From assembly GCF_009914755.1 (NCBI RefSeq), contig NC_060929.1: a stretch of 64,000 nucleotides of DNA; one strand, given 5' to 3'. Numbering within the stretch: the first letter of the stretch is position 1; the number at the start of each line of letters is the position of its first letter. This document shows positions 55,741-64,000 of the stretch, in pieces. The translations under genes and the position numbers were made by a program. The stretch is from the human T2T-CHM13v2.0 reference genome, Homo sapiens. Below the pieces are notes generated by a model that was not told the origin of the DNA, ran no database searches, and saw only the letters and a program-made list of their open reading frames with translations.

Positions 55741-56902
55741 TCTCTTAGAAACGAAAGGATCTTTGAAGCCATTTATAATAGTTCAAATCTTAATTTTAGG
55801 AGACTTTTTTAACTCAATATTTTACAAAAATTTGATATTGCAAACAAGGTAATTCCTAGTTTTAAATGTATCACTAACATTACTTGTACTTAAGTATAAA
55901 AAAGAAACAAATTACAGGTACCGTGTAAGTTCTAAGGGGTCTTGGAAGTATATATAGATACAGAATTTTAAATATCAAATATATATATACACAAAAATAC
56001 ACATTTACAGAATTTCTTATATTTTTGAGGACAGATGTTCCCTCTTAAGTTTTAGAAGAATGCAAGAAGATGGCCTTGAGAAATACAGCTTTAGGCTGTA
56101 AAATAGTGCCTTGGACTCTAAAGCACCAAATAAATAAAGTTCATAATCTTTATCTGAAATTCTTGGAAATCAAAATGTCGAGTTGCTTAGTAACTATTTT
56201 AGTATAATTAGTAAGCAGCTCTGTGTACATCTGACCAACTTTAAAAGACCCAAGATTTATTACTGTGGGAGTTAAAGTTATCAGAATGTCTATTATCAGT
56301 TTTGTTTGTGGTTTTGAGAGCATCTTTATTTCTTCTGACTCAGCCAAATGTGGTACTCCAGATCTGAGGGTTAACTGGCTGACCTAGTTTGGAAGACCTA
56401 AGGAAGCTGTATAGTTTTAGCAAATTAAAACCTTTGATAATAATAATATTGTTATTAATAAAATTGTGCTCCATTTGATAATAACCTTTGATAATAATAA
56501 TATCCAGTTTTCATGCAGCTCACACATATGATACTGCAATAGAGTAGCAGACAACTAAGCTTCTTATGGAATTTCTGATAAGTGTTGTTGCCATTTTAAG
56601 GTGCACTTCAAAAGGTAAGGGTCTCTGCTAGAGAGTCTTAGTGACTCTAATTTATAGTTTTATCATCTACTTGTTTATTTAAACACATCTTAAAGATACT
56701 ACAATATTTGTAGTGTGTGCCTCCAATAAATGCCATTGTATTTCCTACTATTTGCCTTCAAGTCAGAACTTGACCCAAGATATCAATAATTTAGACCTTT
56801 TCAGTGGGATATTTCAAAGCATGATTTGGTACATAAATTAATCGAGAGTAAGAGTGATTTTCTACATAGCCAAAACCACCCAGGAAGATAACTACCTAGT
56901 CT

Positions 56903-57223
<321 letters not shown>

Positions 57224-58106
57224 ACTACCTAGTCTAAAATAGTATTCTTGCTTCAGTCTATCATAGAGCCCACTTCTTTCTCTTTATTCTTTCTTACCAC
57301 AGAGTGAGGATTGTTCTATGGTTTTCCATCAGAAACACATTTTTTTCTAATTGAAGACTAAAGCACAAACAGGCCCCAAACAGCTCCTGATGGTTTTTGT
57401 TGCGGTCATTGTTGAAATGCAACGATGGGCTCTGCTTTTGGAAAATAAGAGCCTTCTGCCTAGACTTACGCATTCTTTGCAGCCTTGATATCTAAATTTC
57501 CTTTAAAACAACAACAAACAGAATTGTGCTGTCAGACTAATTATGCATGATAACTCTAAGATGGATTAAAATGATTTAATTTATAAGACAGTTAATTGCC
57601 ATGCAGTATTGAATTAAACCATCTACATTTTCTGGAAATACAGCTGCGTGCTTAATAGTGGGTCATAAAGTTAAGGCCTACAAGGGGAAAGATATATGAT
57701 AAATATTGGAAAGATATTGAAAGACATATGATAAATATTTGACTGACAGTAGTGCATGAAAACCATAAAATGGGACCATAGGAGGTAAGAATAGGAAAAA
57801 AAAATCTTATTTCACATGCCTTAGAGGAGACAGGACAAAGTCGGAGCTGAAAGAGACATTTTCTCCCCACAATAATCAATGACAAAGCATCTGAAATTTT
57901 AGTTTTCTAGAGTGAATTATATGGTGTTTTGGCGGGGAGCAGCTGCATTCCCTCCAGGAACAAGCTACTGATAGTTGCTAATAGTAGGCATATAAAACAT
58001 CTTTGTTGGATGGATGAAGGAATGAATAAAATGATTTGATAAAGGGCAAAAATCAGAATTGAGGGGAATTATAGGGTTTCACCACGAGGCAATATCTCTG
58101 AGGCTA

Positions 58107-59050
58107 TGGTAAACAATATTGCTATTTACCAATATTTCTAGCTCTCCTTCCTTTCTGGGTACACAGGAGGGCCATGCTTGCTCTACTGAATTTGGGCATG
58201 GCTATGTGAGCCATCAAATGTAAGCAGGAGTGATATAATTCCCTTCCAGCTGGTGGTTTCTAAGAGTAGTGTGTGATCCTCCATACTACTCTTGCCTCGT
58301 AGCAATGGTTGTGGAATCATGAGTTGATATGGAAAAGCTGTAAGATGGAAGCAGCAGCTTGGATTGCTAAGCCAACAAAAGAACAGCTGCTCTGGAGAAT
58401 TGCCTAGATTCACAGCAGACTTTGAGCAAGAAATAAACCCTTGTTGTAAGTCAATGCATGGAGGAGGGTATATTTCATAGATGAGCAAGATGACCAAGAA
58501 TAGCTTGCATACAACTTCTGTGTGAATTTGACACTCTCCCATCCACAGGTGGAGTCTGTCTCCTCTTCCCCTTTGATCTGGGTGGCAAAAGTGATGCTGC
58601 ATGACCACCAAGACTAGATCAGAAAAGGCCAAGTAGCTTCTCTTAGAGCATCCATTGTCTTGGAATTCTTTTCTCTGCATGCTCCCTCTCAGAATCCAGC
58701 CACCATAGAGCCAAGGCTCCTGAGAGGGTTCATGTATAGGTGCTTTTGTCAAGAGCCCCAACTAATCTGAGTCATCCCAGCCAGGCACCAAACATATGAA
58801 TAAGGAAGCCTCCAGCTGATTTCAGTTTCCAAGCCATTTGAGTGTTCACAGCTGAGAACCCAGACATTACACAACAGACATAAGACCACTGTGTTGTGTC
58901 TTATTTCCTAACTCACAGAACTTGTGAGCACAATCAAATGATAGCTGTTTTAAACAAATTTTGGGGTGGTTTGTTATAAAGCAACTAGTTGACCGGAACA
59001 AACAGGTTGGGCTTGTTTGTTACCACACCGTAATTTATCCCATCATAATA
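58107..59050 (+). mobile_element. Nested MaLR LTRs: an MLT1J-like outer LTR interrupted by an MLT1G/H-like LTR (~58475-59000)
   Basis: Outer LTR runs to 'gcaagaaataaacccttgttg' and resumes 'ttgtttgttacc' at ~59013; inner LTR ends 'ggggtggtttgttataaagcaa..accggaaca'. Confidence 0.65.
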
Positions 59051-59984
59051 GAAAGGTGTTTTTCAGAAATTCACAAAGGGTACATAACAAAGTAAGATGA
59101 AAAATACTATTTTCAGTTTTTTGGTGTTAATATCTTAGTGGTATCAACCTTCTAGGGAAGTTATACAGGTATAATCCGCGTGATCCATTCTCCTTAACTA
59201 TAAACCACATTTCCAATGTCTCATTCACGTATGTAAGCTTTTGTAAACTGAATTCACTGGGGCATAGCAATTTTTACTATTTTATCCAGGCAGATTTATG
59301 CTACAAATAACTGTCCCTCAAGGAAATAAATGGTATATTAAAAGATATTTATACATGGTAAGACGCATGAATAAAACTGGGAGGCTTATATTGTGGGATG
59401 ATTTATGTTTCAGAAATAGGTGGTGCCTAAGCTATTACTACATTATAAGCAGGTTTCAGATATTGCCATGTAGGTTGAGAGACTTAGTAAATATTGCCCC
59501 TCCCACCTTCAAATCATCACAAAAAATTTTAGCATAGGAGATTGCCAATACTGTACACAACAGTAATAGTGATTAATTAGCTGACTTTCAAGGTTCTACA
59601 CCTCTAAAGACAAATGGACAACATGAACCCACACTAGTACAAGTATTGTCTAAGTAAGCTCTAGTTCACTGCTTCTTAATTAAACTTTGTAGGCCAGTTT
59701 CATTCTTCACAATATATTGGGAGTTATGTACCCAAGAGAAACTAGAGCATGCATATTTTTAGTTTGCAGAGAAGTCAAAATAAATATCCAACAAAAGAGA
59801 AAAACAATCCAGAGCAAGGAACTAACCATCCTCTGAAGACAGTGATATACATGATCATTTCATGTCATTTATTTCTCACTCACAGCAACAATCCAGGCAA
59901 AATGAAGGGAAGTGGATAAAGGCCTCTGCACTGGGGTGATGTGTACATTTCCTAAGTATCACATGACTTAACAGGTGCAAGCTG

Positions 59985-60215
59985 GCAGGCATGGGACTTG
60001 GTATCCGTAAGACCTGGAATGAAATTGCAGTTCCTCTTACCATGCTGTTTGACCTTGAGCAAATAACTTTTGTATGCCTTAGTTTCCCTCTCTTTGATAT
60101 GGAGACAATAATATTGATCCTTCAGGGTTATTCTGAATAAGGCAAATCATGTATACAAAGTGCCTGGTATATCATAAGCACTTAATAAAGGATGGCTATC
60201 ATTATCATATTTTAA
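59985..60215 (+). mobile_element. MIR SINE
   Basis: 'tgaccttgagcaaataactt..ccttagtttcc..aaagtgcctgg..taagcacttaataaa'. Confidence 0.7.
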
Positions 60216-60757
60216 TAAAAGAGATGATTAGTAGCGATCCTTCCAACACAAAGCTAAACAGATTAAATAATCTTTGGATTACAAAATCTAGCAGTTAATT
60301 TGCTTCTTGATAACTTGCTGAGAGAACTACAATTTGGATTCTAGGTGAAGTCTTTACAATGTTCTTTTGTCTTGCCTTCTCATGTTGCCCCCCAGGCCAA
60401 TTCGTCTGGGATTGTCTCTCTCAAAAGATATGTAATGATCAGCTTGAAATCTGCCTGTCCAGATCTGTGGGCCAGAGATTTAGACCCTCATCCTCAAGGC
60501 CTTATTCCTCACAAAAGCCATATGTAAAACTGGCTGGTAAGTGGTAATTCCCTTCTGGGCTTTCGTCAGTGACACTGAAATGATTGGTATTATATAACAA
60601 GCAAATAGAGGAAGTGATTTGCAAGCCAATTATTCATACACACAGCTAGTGTTGCATTCTAAGAAATTCTTTGATTTGCTCAGGGTAGGTTGCTGCTTTT
60701 CTGAGTGTCGTTTCCCATTTCTTGCTCATTGCTCTGCCAACTGTTCCCCACCATTGT

Positions 60758-60816
60758 ACACACACACACACACACACACTGCACACACTACACACACTAC
60801 ACACACACACACACAC
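60758..60816. repeat. Interrupted (CA)n microsatellite
   Basis: Read directly from the sequence. Confidence 0.92.
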
Positions 60817-61538
60817 CCCATTGTTATTTCTGCAAGGCTACAGGAAGTCAGCTGCTTTATGCCAGTGCAGTCTTCTAGACCCAAAGATGATGGGTGCCCA
60901 TTTGGTCCTGAGAAGGATCCCAACCCCAAATGTCATCCCAGTTTGCCTTATTTGCAGCAAAGTCTCTTGGTAACCAGGATCCTTGCCTCCAGAAAGAGCC
61001 CACTGGACAGATTTCAAAACCAATCGCACAAAATAGATGATTCCTTTAATTGGTTTTGATAATAATTTTCTCAGATCCCAGAGGATACGTCAACACCTTC
61101 AAATAACAGCAGCTTACCAAAATGGGATTCCAAAGTTTAAGATTAAATAAAATATACTTGAATATATTTCCTAACTGAATGGAAGGAATAGTTTCTAGGT
61201 AGAAAACTCATAGAATTATAGAACTGTCAAGCTCAAAGACCTCTGAGAAGTCAGAGGCAAAGGTATCTGACTTCTTGTTTTATATTTAAGGAAGCAAGGA
61301 CTCTGAAAGCTTGCACTGGATGCTCAAATAATTCAAGGCATAGAAACTCTTGGAGGCTCTGAAAATGATCTCTCAACTATTTTAGTGCCTAAATACTTTT
61401 TGATACATCTCTAATTTTGTAGTTATTTAGTATCACACTGTCCTTCCTATTTTTTAACTTATCTATTTATGTATTTATGATCATCATAAAGGATCTGAGG
61501 TCAAGTCCTTCATATTTGAAGAAATATTACTGACTCTA

Positions 61539-62207
61539 GTGAGGTTGCAGAGAAAAAGGAAGGCTTTTATGCTGTTGGTGGGAGTGTAAATTAGTTCAAC
61601 CACTATGGAAGACAGTGTGGCAATTCCTCAAAGACCCAGAGGCAGAAATACCACTTGACCCAGCAATTCCCTTACCGAGTATATACCCAAAGGAATATAA
61701 ACCATTCTATTATAAAGATACATGCACACATATGTTTATTGCAGCACTATTCACAATAGCAAATACATGGAATCAAGCCAAATGCCCATTAATAATAGAC
61801 TGGATAAAGAAAATGTGGTACGTATACACCATGGAATACTATGCAGCCATAAAAAAACGAGATCATGTCTTCTTCAGGGACATGGATGGAGCTGAAAGCC
61901 ATTATCCCCAGCGAATTAATGCAGGAACAGAAAACCAAACACTACATGTTTTCACTTATTAGTGGGAGCTGAATGATGAGAACGCGTGGACACATTGCAG
62001 GGACCAACACACACTGGAGCCTGTCAGGGGAGGGGGTTCAGGGGAGGGTGGGCACCAGGAAGAATAGCTAATGGATGCTGGGCTTAATACCTACATGATG
62101 GGAGGATCTGTGCAGCAAACCACCACGGCACATGTTTACCTGTGTAACTAACCTGCACATCCTGTACATGTACCCCTGAACTTAAAATAAAAACTGAAGA
62201 TAAAAAA
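61539..62207 (+). mobile_element. 5'-truncated L1PA14/15-like 3' end
   Basis: ORF2 C-terminal remnant (..DPAIPL..WIKKMW..TMEYYAAIK) and 3'UTR 'ggaagaatagctaatggatgctgggcttaatacct', A-rich end. Confidence 0.88.
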
Positions 62208-63139
62208 TATTAAATCATATGAATAAATATACATTTACAGCTTTTATAAAAACATGTTACTAACATGCGGGAATGCTTGTTTTTTGAACTGCTTTCTCAA
62301 TAACAGTGATAGATCTACACTCTCTTGTCTGATTCATGTTGTAATCAATTCTACTCATTTGTGAAGCTGAGGTGAGGTGTGTGGCCAAGAAACAGAGGGA
62401 AGTTAATTTGTATACACATGCAAAAAGAACACCTTATTAATTTCAGAATATAACCAATTGAGCTAACTTGTTTCACCTCTTTGATCACATAAGCCACAGC
62501 TAAAAAAAAAACCCATCGACTATTGGGAGCAAGGAAGAACAATGAATAAGGGTATGAATTATAATACCCTTGTAAAACCAAATATTTGTTTAACAAAACT
62601 TCTGTTTAAAATGGAAGCCGTTGGTTCTTAACGATACCTGGGACTTGGATGCCATTTCACAGTTGATGAAATGGGCAGCCATCACCTTTAAGACATAGAA
62701 AGTGAGAATTCAAAGGATTAAAGGAGTTACCGGAGATTCCAAAGCTAATAGAAGTCACTCCCAGGGCGTGAAGCTAGAACCAGGGCTTATTCCATTGCAA
62801 CATGGTAGTTTTAGGCTCTCACCTTTAGAAAAAAGGTACAATGGCTTACAAAGGTACTTCTAACTCATTAATAAAATAAAATTCAAACAAAAGATAATTC
62901 ATGATTTCACAAACAGTTCTCTCCCGCTGTAAATATTAATGACTGAAAAATATATAAATGCACACAGTTTTACAGATTGTTTGCATGGGCAGAACAATAC
63001 AAGTTCATCTTCCTTACTTTGTAATTTTTTTTAAACCATATTTCAAATCAGCCAGGTGCTTATTTTGATTGCCACCTGTAATACAGTTTATAAGTGTGTT
63101 TACTGCCATGTTACCAAAGAACAAAGTAATTTAAAATGT

Positions 63140-63785
63140 TGTCTCCATCTCTCCAGTTGCTCAAGATAAAAAAAAAAACAAAAAAAAAAACAAAACCAAC
63201 TTTGAATCATCCTTGATTTCCCTCTCTCTCTCATTTACTCCAATCCAATCCAATGATGAATCCTGTTGACTCTATCTTTAAATGAGATTTTTATAAATGC
63301 AATTTCCTCTCATTTTCCTTACTTGCACCACCGAGGTCTAAGTGATATTTGCCTGGATAAATGTCTGCGTTAGCCTCCCAATGGGTCTCTCCACCTCTCT
63401 CCTTGCCCTTCAGTTTATTTTTAATACAGGAGCCAGAATACTTCTTTTAGAACGTAAGTTAAATCATACACTTTTCTGCTCATAAGTGCTTACCATCTCA
63501 TTCAAAGTAAAAGTCAAAGTTATACAATGACCTACAAGACTCTCCAGGATCTGGCCTCCAGGCATCCCTCTGAAATCACCTCCTACCAACACTTTCCTCA
63601 CACTTGTGCCATTTGGCCAGTATGGTCTCCTTGATGCTCCTGAATGTACCGGGCAGGTTCCTGAGGTCAGGGCTTATGAACTTGCTATTCCTGTTGTCTA
63701 CAATGCTCTTCCTCAAATGACTTCCATGGATTGCTCTCTCAGATATTGTGCTCAAAGTTATCATGTCTGCAAGTCCTTTACCAGT
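63140..63785 (+). mobile_element. L2a-like LINE fragment
   Basis: 'ccagttgctcaag', 'atcatccttga', 'cagg/agccaga', 'caatgacctacaag..gatctggcc' and 'aatgctcttcc'. Confidence 0.75.
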
Positions 63786-64000
63786 TCTGCCTTTTGACCT
63801 AGGTTGGAAGGGATCTCTCTCCTCCAAACTTCTAGACAACATTCTGAGTACCAAGAGCTCCTGCCCCTGTGGCCCTAAGCCCACTTGCAAGACATGCAGA
63901 CTGTGAGATGAAACCTCATGGAAGAATTACACATGCTGGGTGGGTCTGCTTTTCACTAAAGCTTCCTCAAGTCTTGTGACTATACTATTTCTCCCAGGAT

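Noticed and set aside
58183-58761. 192-aa ORF on -
   Set aside because: Lies entirely antisense within MLT1 LTR sequence and starts at a non-ATG codon.

Overview
This window is primate (human-like) non-coding genomic DNA, probably intronic or intergenic, and heavily covered by interspersed repeats. The dominant feature is a full-length ~6.1 kb LINE-1 (L1PA5-like, 11286-17402, + strand) with a perfect 16-bp target-site duplication (TSD). Its ORF1 and ORF2 are broken, but its antisense ORF0 is still open. The rest comprises about 11 Alu/FLAM copies, several truncated L1 3' ends, MaLR/ERVL solo LTRs, Tigger and hAT DNA-transposon relics, ancient MIR/L2/L3 fragments and microsatellites. I recognise no host protein-coding exon, tRNA, rRNA, CRISPR array or prokaryote-type system, and I cannot name the locus. 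I found no convincing new biological system. The best leads are: the intact ORF0 with a mutated YY1 site, a 130-nt hairpin made by inverted duplication inside a MER2, candidate minus-strand exons consistent with the LTR/L1 orientation bias, a duplicated GATA+NF-E2/MARE module, and a cluster of local tandem duplications. Repeat subfamily names are assigned by eye from remembered consensus sequences, and boundaries of ancient repeats are approximate.
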